Positions 22,893-32,000 of a DNA stretch of 32,000 nt are shown here, in pieces (positions within the stretch are counted from its first letter, which is position 1; every line of letters begins with the position of its first letter). The stretch is taken from NCBI GenBank assembly GCA_038823825.1, contig JAWBCC010000004.1:1-32000 (forward strand). Reading direction: 5' to 3'. The translations under genes and the position numbers were made by a program. The notes beneath the pieces were generated by a model. The model saw only the letters and a program-made list of their open reading frames with translations. It searched no databases and was not told where the DNA came from. This DNA comes from Candidatus Hadarchaeales archaeon (GTDB lineage: Archaea > Hadarchaeota > Hadarchaeia > Hadarchaeales > Hadarchaeaceae).

Positions 22893-24014
22893 ATGGGTAT
22901 AAAACCTGCGGAGGAGCTGGGAAACCCGTTCTCGTACGGGAAAGCGGTGAGTGGAAAGCAATTCATCAACCGTGAGAAAGAACTCGAAGAACTGAAAGCC
23001 CACGTGAAATCTGGAAAGAGCGTGATAATCTATTCCTCCCGCGGCATGGGGAAAACCTCTCTGCTTAAAGAGTTCTTCAGAAGACTGAACAAACCGTACG
23101 TTCCGATCTTGATTGACATGTTCGGAACCCCGAGCAGAGAGATCTTGGCCAGAACGCTTGTAGAGAATGTTGCGAATTCCGTGTATGGAACTCTTGAAAA
23201 AATAAGGAAATCTCTGGGCGATTTTCTCCGAAGAACGAAGATAGACATGGTTCTCACTCCGGACGGTAAAATCAGGTTTGAATTCTCCAGGACCCCCGTG
23301 CAGGAAGATATCAGCGAGGTTTTGGATCTGCCTGAGAGAGTTGCTGAGAAGCATGGACTGCAAATCATCTTGGCCTTTGACGAATTTCAGGAGATAAGAA
23401 ATTTAGACGGTGAAGAAATGGAAAAACTCATGAGGTCGAGATTCCAGCACCATAAGAATGTAGTTTACATCTTTACTGGAAGCAGAAGACATCTCTTGGA
23501 TGAAATATTCAGCGAAGAACGCAGGGCCTTTTACAGATTCGGCAGACCCATGGAACTGGGACCAATTCCGCGAGATGAGTTTTCACGTTACATAACCGAC
23601 TGCTTTGAGAGAACTGGTGGGAGAATAAGCGGGGAAGCGGTTGAGCGTATACTCGAGATAACAGGATGTCATCCGTCCTTCACTCAGCAGCTTTGCTATG
23701 AACTCTGGTTTATGTCGAGAACGGTCGAGGAAAAATCGACCGTGGAGAAAGCCGTCGAAAACATAATTTTCCACGAGAGGATTCACTACTTGCAAATTTG
23801 GGAAAATCTGACATATTTGCAGCGCAGACTTCTGGAAGGTCTCGCAAAGGAAGAGATCGGACCATACTCAATGGAGTTTATCTCGAAGTACGGCTTGAGA
23901 TCACCCGCCCATGTGAGGAAAGCCCTCAAGTTGCTCGAAAAGCGCGGTCTCGTCGAGAAAAACAAGATCTCGGACATTTTCTTTAGGGAATGGATCAAAA
24001 GAGGCATGCCATGA
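22893..24014 (+). CDS. Archaeal AAA-family ATPase with C-terminal winged-helix-like region
   Basis: Walker A 'IIYSSRGMGKTSLL', Walker B-like 'QIILAFDEFQEI', 'VYIFTGSRRHLL'. Start at 22893 supported by the upstream TATA-like element. Confidence 0.85.
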   Translation: MGIKPAEELGNPFSYGKAVSGKQFINREKELEELKAHVKSGKSVIIYSSRGMGKTSLLKEFFRRLNKPYVPILIDMFGTPSREILARTLVENVANSVYGTLEKIRKSLGDFLRRTKIDMVLTPDGKIRFEFSRTPVQEDISEVLDLPERVAEKHGLQIILAFDEFQEIRNLDGEEMEKLMRSRFQHHKNVVYIFTGSRRHLLDEIFSEERRAFYRFGRPMELGPIPRDEFSRYITDCFERTGGRISGEAVERILEITGCHPSFTQQLCYELWFMSRTVEEKSTVEKAVENIIFHERIHYLQIWENLTYLQRRLLEGLAKEEIGPYSMEFISKYGLRSPAHVRKALKLLEKRGLVEKNKISDIFFREWIKRGMP

Positions 24015-24086
24015 AAACGTGCCTTCACTCTCGGGATTTAATGTATCATTGTAATAATTTAAAAATCCAGTTTTTTTGAAGAGAGC

Positions 24087-24782
24087 ATGCTGACGAAGTA
24101 TGCGGCAACTGTCAAAAACCTCAGAGGGGTCCTCCTTTTCTTTGAGCAAGAGGATGCGGCCAGCAGCATCGAGTGGTTGATGAAACATTTCCGCTATCGG
24201 AATCTTGGAATTCCGCCGAGTCTCGGAGAAAAAATCGAAATCAAAAAGCCTTTTGTCGAGCTCATCTATCCGAGCGGAGAACTCAAAAAACTCGTTGAGC
24301 TTCTGACAAACATGAGAATCGAAAGAAACGCAGCGGAAGCAGTTGTGCTCGCCTCGGCTTATATCAGTCCCATTTTTGCCCTTGATGAGAAATCTGTGCG
24401 TTTTCTTAGACCTCTCGAGGCAGGAAGCGTGCGGACGTCGAAAAAACTAACGAACAGAGATATGAAGCTTCATCTGCGGATTGCTGACTACACGGTGCTA
24501 GACTTCTACAGCTGGAGTGTGGAGAACGCGGAAAGATTTTGGACATGCCATGAGGTCGAAAAGCTGTTGAATGAAAGAAAGAAGAAAATTGAAAAGGATG
24601 CGAAAAGGTACTGGAGAATCAGCGGAGAAGGGAAGAAATTTCTCATGTATCTCGACTCCCTGCAGTTCATATGTGAGAGGAAAGGTCTGGAGAAATTAAG
24701 AAAGCTTGATCCCTCTTGGGCTTCAGCGGGACTCGCTATTGGAGCAGCCATTTGTACTCCTAAAGAGTTTATCCACGAATGA
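24087..24782 (+). CDS. Hypothetical protein, 231 aa, no family recognised
   Basis: Long ORF with good codon usage, same strand as and 72 bp after the ATPase. Confidence 0.6.
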   Translation: MLTKYAATVKNLRGVLLFFEQEDAASSIEWLMKHFRYRNLGIPPSLGEKIEIKKPFVELIYPSGELKKLVELLTNMRIERNAAEAVVLASAYISPIFALDEKSVRFLRPLEAGSVRTSKKLTNRDMKLHLRIADYTVLDFYSWSVENAERFWTCHEVEKLLNERKKKIEKDAKRYWRISGEGKKFLMYLDSLQFICERKGLEKLRKLDPSWASAGLAIGAAICTPKEFIHE

Positions 24783-24872
24783 CCTGTATCACCCACCATC
24801 AAAATTTGAATCTCTCAATGACGGATGTTTGGTATTTAACCTTTGTAAAGAAAGATTTCTCTGCTACTTTGA

Positions 24873-26168
24873 TTATTTCTGAATGATGTCCCTCGCGATG
24901 AGATCTCTGTACTGCTCTGCTTCCCTGATTAGGCGATGCCTGCCGTTGCTGACGAGAACAATGGGTGGTCTCGGTCTCATGTTGTACTGGTGGGATAAGC
25001 TGGTTGTGTAAGCGCCCGCACAGAAAACGGCAAGAATATCACCCTCCTCGACCGGAGGGAGCCTGACGTTCCGACCGATGACGTCACCACCGAAGCAGAG
25101 AGGACCAGCGATGTTCACTCTTTCCCTCGGTTTCATTACAGCTTTGTTTGCGAGAATCATTTTGAACCTGTACACGCCCATAGCTGCTCTGAGAAGAATG
25201 TTCGATCCTCCGTCGACAATCACCCATTTGCTCCCGTCGGGCGTTCTCTTCACGACACCAACTTTGAGAAGACAGACGCCTGCGTCGGCTAGAATATATC
25301 GCCCGGGCTCGAAGATGAGAAGAGGCTCGCTCAACCCGTACTTTTTCACGTTCGATTTCACGGCTGAGATGACCGCTTCTGCATATTCTTCAGCCGTTGG
25401 TGGATGCTCTCCCTCGTACTCCACGCCGAGACCTCCACCGAGATCAACCAGCCCAAGCTTGATTCCGCTTTTGCTCAGATCCGCTAGAAGACGGAAAATT
25501 CTGTTTATCGCGAAAACAAAAGGTCGCGTAGAGGTGATTTGAGAACCAATGTGCATGTGTACCCCTTTGAGAGAGATGTGTTTCGATCCGGCCGCTCGCT
25601 CGAAAGCCTTCCTCGCCTCTGGAATGTGGATCCCGAAATGGCTGTACTCCGCTCCCGTTACGAGATCCCTGTGCGTCCGGACTTTCACACCCGGATTAAC
25701 CCTTATGCAGATGTTGGCGAGCCTGTTAAGCCGTTTGGAGATTTTCTCAAGCTTCTCAAGTTCGGAGAGAGAATCCACGTTTATTAGAATCCCTTTCTTC
25801 ACTGCCAGCTCTAGTTCCTCCTGGCTCTTGTTCGCACCGTTGAAGACGATATCCTCAGGCTTAGCACCAATCCTGAGCGCGCTTAGGAGTTCATACTCAG
25901 AGACTACCTCAAAACCGGCTCCTTCTTCCTTGAGGATTTTGAGAATGGCTAAAGAGGGATTTGCCTTCACCGCGTAGCAGACCTTAACCTTCTCGTACCT
26001 TTTCTTCAGGGCGCCTAGAAACTCCCTGAAGCGTTTTCTAACACGCTGCTCGTTTATAACGAAGAGGGGGGTTCCATATTTTTCTGCGAGTTCGAGAGCG
26101 TCAACTCCGCCGATTTTGAGATAACCGTCCTCCCCGTATTCAAGATGATTTCTGATCGTCCAGCTCAT
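24873..26168 (-). CDS. lysA: Diaminopimelate decarboxylase
   Basis: 'YGTPLFVINEQRVRKRFREF', 'CYAVKANPSLAILKILKEEGAGFEVVSEYEL', 'HMHIGSQ', 'EPGRYILADAGVCL', 'VFCAGAYTTSLSHQYNMRPRP'. Confidence 0.95.
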   Translation of the reverse strand: MSWTIRNHLEYGEDGYLKIGGVDALELAEKYGTPLFVINEQRVRKRFREFLGALKKRYEKVKVCYAVKANPSLAILKILKEEGAGFEVVSEYELLSALRIGAKPEDIVFNGANKSQEELELAVKKGILINVDSLSELEKLEKISKRLNRLANICIRVNPGVKVRTHRDLVTGAEYSHFGIHIPEARKAFERAAGSKHISLKGVHMHIGSQITSTRPFVFAINRIFRLLADLSKSGIKLGLVDLGGGLGVEYEGEHPPTAEEYAEAVISAVKSNVKKYGLSEPLLIFEPGRYILADAGVCLLKVGVVKRTPDGSKWVIVDGGSNILLRAAMGVYRFKMILANKAVMKPRERVNIAGPLCFGGDVIGRNVRLPPVEEGDILAVFCAGAYTTSLSHQYNMRPRPPIVLVSNGRHRLIREAEQYRDLIARDIIQK

Positions 26169-26276
26169 TCATGAACATTCCGCGTGAAGTTTAATCAGGT
26201 TTTCGAAATCTCCGGAGTTTTCAATTTAGACTAATGTCTCTGCCAAATTTTTGCTTTTCTTGTCTTCCGAAAGTGG

Positions 26277-26361
26277 TGCGGGGGAGGGGATTTGAACCCC
26301 CGAACCCCTTCGGGACCAGATCTTGAGTCTGGCGCCTTTGACCTGGCTCGGCCACCCCCGC
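26277..26361 (-). tRNA. tRNA-Leu (anticodon CAA)
   Basis: GCGGGGGTGGCCGAGCCAGGTCAAAGGCGCCAGACTCAAGATCTGGTCCCGAAGGGGTTCGGGGGTTCAAATCCCCTCCCCCGCA; long class II variable arm, 7-bp acceptor, loop CTCAAGA. Confidence 0.95.
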
Positions 26362-26401
26362 CCAATTAATTTTTTCATACTTGCGGTTATAAGTTCTCCA
26401 G

Positions 26402-27571
26402 ATGCCGTTCGAAACTTCGAAGGCTTTTGAACACATCGACAGACTTGCCTACGGGATAGGCCCCCGCATCTCGGGAACAAGAGGAGAATCCCTATCTGCA
26501 GATTACATCCAAAATTATCTCAAATCAATCGGACTTGAAACCCGCAGGCAGGTCTTCATCTTCACAGACAGACGTGCGAGGAGAAAAATCTTCTCAATCA
26601 TCCTGGCAGTCTCCCTCCCGTTCATGCTCCTCTTCCCACCTGAGATATCCATCCCCATGTGGTTTTCCTTGCTTGCTCTCACCTTTTTCGCGCCGCTACC
26701 ACGCAGGCGTGGAATAAATATAATCGCCAGAATTCGTGGAAAACCTCCGGTCGTCGCCCTGTCAGCCCATCACGATTCTGCAAAACGCTCAAAGATTAAG
26801 AAGAAGCTATTCCCGATCTCGATTTCCATCGCGACCATCGCCGTCCTCATCCGTCCAATCTCTGCATACTGGGCCTTGCTCTGGCCACCCTGCTTCATTC
26901 TTTTAGCCGTGAACGCTCTCTTCATGCTCAAACGCGAAGAGCTTTCACCAGGCGCGAACGACAATGCGAGTGGCGTAGCCGTCCTCCTCGAAGTCGCCAG
27001 ATGTCTCCGTGAAATTCAAGATCCGCCCGAAGTTTTCTTTCTCTTCACCGGAGCCGAGGAACAGGGGCTCGAGGGCATGAAAAACATTCTCAAGGAGAAA
27101 ATTATTCCGAGAGGAACACCAATCTTAAACATAGACACCGTGGGCTTTGGAAGTCAGATTTACTTCATCGAAGGGAACGGTCTTCATAGAAGACTGACGA
27201 CAAGTTTTGAATTGAACAAAAAACTGGAGGAAACTGCTGCCAGACTCCAACTCAAAATCCTTCCTTGGTGGTCTGTCTACGCCAAACATGACCACATGCC
27301 TGCGATATCAGCCGGCCATCCTTCTACCACCATTACCCTTGACAGCCCCGACCAACAGACCGACAAAAAGGCTGTGGAAAAAGGTCTGATAAACGCCAAA
27401 AAAAGGAGCTATAAGTGGTTGCACACGAAAGACGATCTTCCGGACAAGTTGGACGTAAACGCGGTTGAAACGGCTGGAAATCTGATCCTCGAGTTCCTAG
27501 GCGTTAGAACACAGCAGACTCAACTTGATTTAAGCAAATCAGAGAATGTTGAAATGGAGGTGAAACCGTGA
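26402..27571 (+). CDS. M28-family metallopeptidase with two central TM helices
   Basis: 'RISGTRGESLSADYIQNYLKSIGLETRRQ', 'VVALSAHHDSAK', 'SPGANDNASGVAVLLEVAR', 'VFFLFTGAEEQGLEGM'. Confidence 0.9.
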   Translation: MPFETSKAFEHIDRLAYGIGPRISGTRGESLSADYIQNYLKSIGLETRRQVFIFTDRRARRKIFSIILAVSLPFMLLFPPEISIPMWFSLLALTFFAPLPRRRGINIIARIRGKPPVVALSAHHDSAKRSKIKKKLFPISISIATIAVLIRPISAYWALLWPPCFILLAVNALFMLKREELSPGANDNASGVAVLLEVARCLREIQDPPEVFFLFTGAEEQGLEGMKNILKEKIIPRGTPILNIDTVGFGSQIYFIEGNGLHRRLTTSFELNKKLEETAARLQLKILPWWSVYAKHDHMPAISAGHPSTTITLDSPDQQTDKKAVEKGLINAKKRSYKWLHTKDDLPDKLDVNAVETAGNLILEFLGVRTQQTQLDLSKSENVEMEVKP

Positions 27572-28059
27572 AAATCGGGATAATCTCCGACACACACGAT
27601 AGACTCGAAGCTGTCGAAAAGGCCGTTGACCTCTTTAACACCGCTGGTGTCGAGGTCGTCCTACACGCCGGCGATCTCGTCTCCCCTTTTGTGGTTCCGA
27701 GACTCGCAAAGCTAAAAGCAAAACTCTACTACGTCTGGGGAAACAATGACGGTGATAGGCTGCTCGTCAGCAAAAGAATGGCCGAATTCGGGATGGAGCC
27801 GCCCACGGAGATAGCCCTGCTGAACATTGCCGGAAAGAGAATCGCTCTCCTACACGGAACTAGCGAACTCATCGTTGAGGCTCTGGCTAAATCTATGCAG
27901 TTTGACATCATTGTCAGGGGACATACGCACAAGGCAGAGGTCATACGGGGAAACTGCCTCGTCATAAACCCCGGGGAAGCCTGCGGCTACTTGACGGGTA
28001 AAAGAACGGTAGCAGTTCTTGAAACAGATACAATGGACGTTCAGCTTCTCGAAATCTAA
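27568..28059 (+). CDS. YfcE/MJ0936-family phosphodiesterase
   Basis: 'KIGIISDTHDRLEAVEKAV', 'VVLHAGDLVSP', 'YYVWGNNDGD', 'DIIVRGHTHKAEV', 'LVINPGEACGYLTG'. Confidence 0.93.
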   Translation: MKIGIISDTHDRLEAVEKAVDLFNTAGVEVVLHAGDLVSPFVVPRLAKLKAKLYYVWGNNDGDRLLVSKRMAEFGMEPPTEIALLNIAGKRIALLHGTSELIVEALAKSMQFDIIVRGHTHKAEVIRGNCLVINPGEACGYLTGKRTVAVLETDTMDVQLLEI

Positions 28060-28080
28060 ACTTCGGGAGGTAAGTGATCC

Positions 28081-29076
28081 TTGATAGAAATAGCGATAGT
28101 TGCTCTCGGCTTCTTCGTAGCTTGGAACATCGGAGCGAACGATACCGCAAACTGCATAGGCACGGCTGTAGGTAGCGGGATAATAACAAAAAAACGTGCT
28201 CTTCTAATCGTCGCCTTTTTTGTTCTACTGGGAGCCTCTCTCGAAGGCTGGAAAAACATGAAGACCGTTGGGGAAGGAATTCTGATACCCGGAGTCGGTG
28301 GAAATCCGCTTGCAGATCCTTCTCTCTCCTTTCTCGTTATCGCTATACTAGCTGCGGCAGGTTCCTGGGTTCTTCTCGCAACTTTCTTTGGGATGCCGAT
28401 CTCAACATCCCAGTCCATGATCGGAGCAGTTTTAGGAAGCGGAATCTTCCTCTCCCTAACCCGCCCGGAAATCGGAGTCGGCGTCAACTATCGGAAAATA
28501 GGCGGAATCGCTCTCTCTTGGGTTTTAAACCCGATGTTCGCGGCTTTAATCGCGACGCTCCTGATGATCATTCTACGAAGTCTCATAAGAACAACAAGAG
28601 GTCTGCTCGCGATCAACAGAATCCTGACCATCCTCATCTTAATTTCCGCAGCCTACAGCGCCTATACTCTTGGAGCAAACGACGTTGGAACATCGACTGG
28701 AGTGATATACGCCAAAATGGGGTGGTCGACGAGATTAACAGCAGTCTTCGGAGCTCTGGCTTTGATCGTTGGTGCGATAACTTTCAGCTCCAGAGTTATA
28801 GGAACTGTAGGGAAAGGAATAGTTCCCCTTGACGCCATCAGCGCCTTTGCTGCACAGTTCGGGGCAGCCATGACAGTCTGGTTTTTCGTTCAGCTGGGAA
28901 TTCCTGTTTCAACTTCGCAGGCGCTCGTAGGTGGCATCGCAGGCGTTGGTCTTGCGAAAAGGTCTTCGATGATAAACAAGCGAAATCTCTTGAAAATCTC
29001 GGTGGCTTGGGTGGCTACACCATTAATTGTCTGCTTGATATCCCTTCTGTTCTGCCAACTTTTCTCGTTGGTATAG
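28081..29076 (+). CDS. Inorganic phosphate transporter, PiT family
   Basis: 'FVAWNIGANDTANCIGTAVGSG', 'PISTSQSMIGAVLGSG', 'YTLGANDVGTSTGVIY', 'GIPVSTSQALVGGIAGVGLA'. Confidence 0.95.
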   Translation: MIEIAIVALGFFVAWNIGANDTANCIGTAVGSGIITKKRALLIVAFFVLLGASLEGWKNMKTVGEGILIPGVGGNPLADPSLSFLVIAILAAAGSWVLLATFFGMPISTSQSMIGAVLGSGIFLSLTRPEIGVGVNYRKIGGIALSWVLNPMFAALIATLLMIILRSLIRTTRGLLAINRILTILILISAAYSAYTLGANDVGTSTGVIYAKMGWSTRLTAVFGALALIVGAITFSSRVIGTVGKGIVPLDAISAFAAQFGAAMTVWFFVQLGIPVSTSQALVGGIAGVGLAKRSSMINKRNLLKISVAWVATPLIVCLISLLFCQLFSLV

Positions 29077-29080
29077 ATTT

Positions 29081-29767
29081 TCATGTCGTGAGTGTTAATC
29101 CGAGAATAGCTATGGAATCGCTCATGTCCTCCGCTCTGTCGGCTATATTTCCCATTCTTCTTATTATTTCCGCAAGCTGTACAACGCTTAACGGTTTGAA
29201 TAGTTTCTCCATCTCGTAAAGTTCCTCAACTATCTCGTGCTCTATCAAATCGACCTCGTGTTCTAGGTCATCCACACTCCTCGCGATTCTGATCGCTTCA
29301 TCCACATTTCTCTCCAGAGCTTTCACAGAATTGCTGAGCATTTCCGCCGTCTGCGTTATAACGCCGGCCATCGTCATAAACTTCTCCTTCCATTGAGCTA
29401 CTCGCTTATTTTTCGCCGAGAGCGATTTTAACTCCTTAATCAGACTCTCCCTGAGAAGAAGAGTACGCATTGCACCCTCCGCCGTGTCCGCTACCCTGTC
29501 TAACCTCTCCGCCAACCACGCCAAGTCCCCTCGGAAAGCCGGGATGAAAGCTCCTCTTGTGAGCAGAGTGATAAAATCCCTTCTACCCTTGTCCGCTCTT
29601 GTCTCTAAGCTTGAGAGTTCCCTTCCAAGCTTTTCCGCCTTTTCCAAGTTCCACTCTTTAAAGTAAGCCCGCACAACCTCCTCGAACTTCTTAACAACCT
29701 CCAGAACTATCTCCGAGTTGTTCTTCAAAATCTCAAAAGCTTGCTTTTCCAGTTTTCCACCAATCAC
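29081..29767 (-). CDS. DUF47 / PhoU-like phosphate transport regulator
   Basis: 'LSSLETRADKGRRDFITLLTRGAFIPAFRGDLAWLAERLDRVADTAE', 'VDDLEHEVDLIEHEIVEELY'; convergent to PiT. Confidence 0.9.
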   Translation of the reverse strand: MIGGKLEKQAFEILKNNSEIVLEVVKKFEEVVRAYFKEWNLEKAEKLGRELSSLETRADKGRRDFITLLTRGAFIPAFRGDLAWLAERLDRVADTAEGAMRTLLLRESLIKELKSLSAKNKRVAQWKEKFMTMAGVITQTAEMLSNSVKALERNVDEAIRIARSVDDLEHEVDLIEHEIVEELYEMEKLFKPLSVVQLAEIIRRMGNIADRAEDMSDSIAILGLTLTT

Positions 29768-29807
29768 GAGATCACCTCAGTCCAATCACCATTTTGAGCC
29801 GCATCTT

Positions 29808-30290
29808 TTATAACCTGCGCCTCTTCTTCACTCTTTTGGAAAGAACATGCCCGCAGACCTCGCACACCTTGTTTTTTCTTTCGTAAACTCTGCCACAGCT
29901 CGGACAGAATTTTTCCCACTCCCTAACTTCTTTTATTCCTTCCGTTGTGATCGGTCTGATCGAAACTCCCATGATCGCCGCCACATTCTGAAGCGCGTAA
30001 TCGTCCGTAACAAGCGTTGCCTCAAGGTCTAACGCCAGAGCTAGCAGCTTTGCATCGGTTTCGGATATTACGTTGCACGTTCTGACACAAATTTCTTTGA
30101 CCTTCTCTAGCGAACTCTCGGAAGGGGAAAGAATCTTTACGGTTCCAGAAAGAAGCCCAGCTTCCAACCTAGACTTCGTTAACAGACCCTTCGCCTCATT
30201 CAAAACTTCATCAATCGTGAAAAACTCTCCCCTTCCGGTTAAAACTAAACCGCCCACCAGCGCAGAGGTGTCAAGTACATACCTTTTCAC
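29808..30290 (-). CDS. nob1: PIN-domain endoribonuclease Nob1 with zinc ribbon
   Basis: 'VKRYVLDTSALVGG', 'ETDAKLLALALDLEATLVTDDYALQNVA', 'WEKFCPSCGRVYERKNKVCEVCG'. GTG at 30290 overlaps the nadK stop (GTGA), more plausible than the track start at 30326. Confidence 0.88.
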   Translation of the reverse strand: MKRYVLDTSALVGGLVLTGRGEFFTIDEVLNEAKGLLTKSRLEAGLLSGTVKILSPSESSLEKVKEICVRTCNVISETDAKLLALALDLEATLVTDDYALQNVAAIMGVSIRPITTEGIKEVREWEKFCPSCGRVYERKNKVCEVCGHVLSKRVKKRRRL

Positions 30291-31081
30291 AGAATCTTTT
30301 CCAGACTCCGGCAAAATTCTCCCCATTTGAAAAACTTTGCCCCACTCTCAGATGCAGATATTTTTACCACACTTCCGTGGGGTAGCCTTGCTCTCTCCAG
30401 CCCGTCTACTATCAAAAGCCCCTCCTGCCCGGGCAAACAAACTTCGACATCAACTCTGCTTTTAGCTGGGAGCACTATGGGCGGGATAGGCTTGCTGGAT
30501 GGGCAAATTGCTGTGACCACAATGCATTCCACGCCCGGGAATATTATCGGACCTCCCGCAGCTCTGGTGTACGCGGTACTTCCTGTGGGAGTTGAGACGA
30601 TGACACCATCTCCACGGAAACTGAATATCTTTTTACCATCGACAGAGACCTTCAGCGTGACAGTTTTGCCCGGAACTGCGGAAAATATCACGACATCGTT
30701 CAATGCCTCGGGAATTTTCTCACCGAATTCAACCTTCAGCCTGGTTCTCTCCACAACTTCAAGCTTTTTCTCCAGCAATAGCTCAACGGCGCGCTCAGCC
30801 TCGTCTTTTTTCACTTCCGCCAAGAATCCCCGATCGCCCATGTTGATGGCAAGGATGTGCGCGTCTTGAGCCAGGGCATGCGCCCTTAGAACCGTCCCGT
30901 CACCTCCGAGCGTTATCACAACTTCCGCCTCTGAGATATCCGAAGCTTTCTCACCCAGAGCTCGTGCAGTTCTTTCGTCAAATAACAGCTCATGCAGCGC
31001 TGGGATTTTCTCTTTCAATTTTTTCGCCAATCTGACAGCTTCCTCTATTAGCGGATTTATCACGATTCCGATTTTCATCAA
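30287..31081 (-). CDS. nadK: NAD kinase
   Basis: 'AEVVITLGGDGTVLRAHALA', 'GDGVIVSTPTGSTAYTRAAGGPIIFP', 'ICPSSKPIPPIVLPA'. Confidence 0.95.
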   Translation of the reverse strand: MMKIGIVINPLIEEAVRLAKKLKEKIPALHELLFDERTARALGEKASDISEAEVVITLGGDGTVLRAHALAQDAHILAINMGDRGFLAEVKKDEAERAVELLLEKKLEVVERTRLKVEFGEKIPEALNDVVIFSAVPGKTVTLKVSVDGKKIFSFRGDGVIVSTPTGSTAYTRAAGGPIIFPGVECIVVTAICPSSKPIPPIVLPAKSRVDVEVCLPGQEGLLIVDGLERARLPHGSVVKISASESGAKFFKWGEFCRSLEKIL

Positions 31082-31089
31082 GCCGTAAT

Positions 31090-31563
31090 ATGCTTAGAAG
31101 AATATTAAACTCTCGGAACTTCAGCAAACTTTTAAAGACACAAAAAAGGAAAGAAAAAGAGGTGAACAAAGTGGGAGTCGAAATCACGGAAGTCGGAAAA
31201 CTGAAGGAAGGAAGGTTTGTCGTGATAGACAACGAGCCCTGCAGAATAGTTGGTTTTACAACCTCTGCCCCGGGAAAGCACGGACACGCGAAAGCAAAGA
31301 TCGACGCGATAGGTATCTTTGACGGTCAAAAACACACGATCGTGAAGCCAACGAGCGCCAAAATCGAGGTCCCAATAATCGAGCGTGGAACCGCGCAGGT
31401 TCTTGCAGTTGTTGGAAATAATGCCCAGTTGATGGACCTCACGACATACGAAACTTTTGAGCTACCGATTCCCATGAACCTACGCGGAGAAATCAGAGAA
31501 GGGGTGGAAATAGAGTACATTCAAGCTCTCGGGAGAAGAAAAATTGAAAGAATAAAAACTTGA
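31090..31563 (+). CDS. Translation initiation factor aIF5A
   Basis: Hypusination loop 'TTSAPGKHGHAKAKIDAIGIFDGQKH', 'CRIVGF', 'YETFELPIP'. Start may be the internal GTG 'VGVEITEVGKLKEGRFVVIDNEPCR'. Confidence 0.93.
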   Translation: MLRRILNSRNFSKLLKTQKRKEKEVNKVGVEITEVGKLKEGRFVVIDNEPCRIVGFTTSAPGKHGHAKAKIDAIGIFDGQKHTIVKPTSAKIEVPIIERGTAQVLAVVGNNAQLMDLTTYETFELPIPMNLRGEIREGVEIEYIQALGRRKIERIKT

Positions 31564-31577
31564 AAAATTCTTGAGTT

Positions 31578-31769
31578 CTACAGATCGCAGGCTCTCAATG
31601 TCTTTCTGTTGTTTTCTGAAGCTCTCTTAGCAGCTTTCTTAACAGCATCTTCAATCATGCTGTCCAATCCCTTAAAGAAGTCCTCGCTCGCTCTGACTCG
31701 CAGTTTCTTTAGAAGCTCTCTAACAGCAGATTTCACAACATATGCCACAACATCACCTCTGATTTTCAC
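31578..31769 (-). CDS. Small histone-fold protein
   Basis: 'VVKSAVRELLKKLRVRASEDFFKGLDSMIEDAVKKAAKRASENNRKTLRACDL' matches archaeal histone-like 'R-x-S-x-D-F-F-x-x-L ... N-x-R-K-T-x-R' architecture. Confidence 0.75.
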   Translation of the reverse strand: MKIRGDVVAYVVKSAVRELLKKLRVRASEDFFKGLDSMIEDAVKKAAKRASENNRKTLRACDL

Positions 31770-31784
31770 TAGATTTCGGGTTAT

Positions 31785-32000
31785 TTAAAGATGCCGTGTT
31801 TTGAGCCAGGAAATGAATTTTTCCTCCTCTTCGGCGGGCATTGAATAGCTGTGCTCCATCGTTGGAAACTTCTTTTCTTTGGTCTCCTGTCTAAATTCTC
31901 TCAGCGCTCTTGAAATCTCCTTTCCAACTTCTGCATATTTTTTAACAAATTTCGGGACCTTTTCCGTTACCCCAATCAAATCGTGGAGAACGAGCACCTG
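31785..32000 (-). CDS. panB: 3-methyl-2-oxobutanoate hydroxymethyltransferase, C-terminal part (runs off the window)
   Basis: 'VLVLHDLIGVTEKVPKFVKKYAEVGKEISRALREFRQETKEKKFPTMEHSYSM' is the typical PanB C-terminus. Confidence 0.8.
   Translation of the reverse strand, partial: QVLVLHDLIGVTEKVPKFVKKYAEVGKEISRALREFRQETKEKKFPTMEHSYSMPAEEEEKFISWLKTRHL

Noticed and set aside
26221-26480. Minus-strand ORFs of 71 and 84 aa near 'AEPGQRRQTQDLVPKGFGGSNPLPRTTF'
   Set aside because: Translation of the tRNA-Leu gene.

Overview
Archaeal chromosomal window, judged from the eIF5A/Nob1/NAD kinase/histone-fold genes and two archaeal-style tRNAs. The left ~13.6 kb is a type III CRISPR-Cas island. It has a truncated cas6 at the left edge that the ORF track misses, and a divergent pair of CARF genes, one APE2256-like and one Csx1-like with a HEPN motif. 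A tightly coupled effector operon follows: a small Cas11/Csm2-like subunit, five Cas7-like RAMPs, a Csx10-like Cas5, and Cas10 with intact HD and GGDD motifs. This composition is most like subtype III-D. A 15-repeat array (37-nt repeat) follows, with a further degenerate terminal repeat on its left, and a tRNA-Phe sits just beyond the presumed leader. Two strongly diverged copies of the same repeat lie between the CARF pair and the effector operon and look like a relic mini-array. A stop-interrupted CDS lies between the operon and the array. No cas1/cas2/cas4 is visible. The right part is chromosomal: a glycan-utilisation group (glycosidase-like protein, ROK kinase, and a GH92 alpha-mannosidase broken by one frameshift from a LamG/CARDB/TM tail), a solo SRA-like protein, an AAA ATPase plus an unknown neighbour, LysA, tRNA-Leu, an M28 peptidase, a phosphodiesterase, PiT/DUF47, Nob1, NAD kinase, aIF5A, a histone-fold protein and the 3' end of panB.
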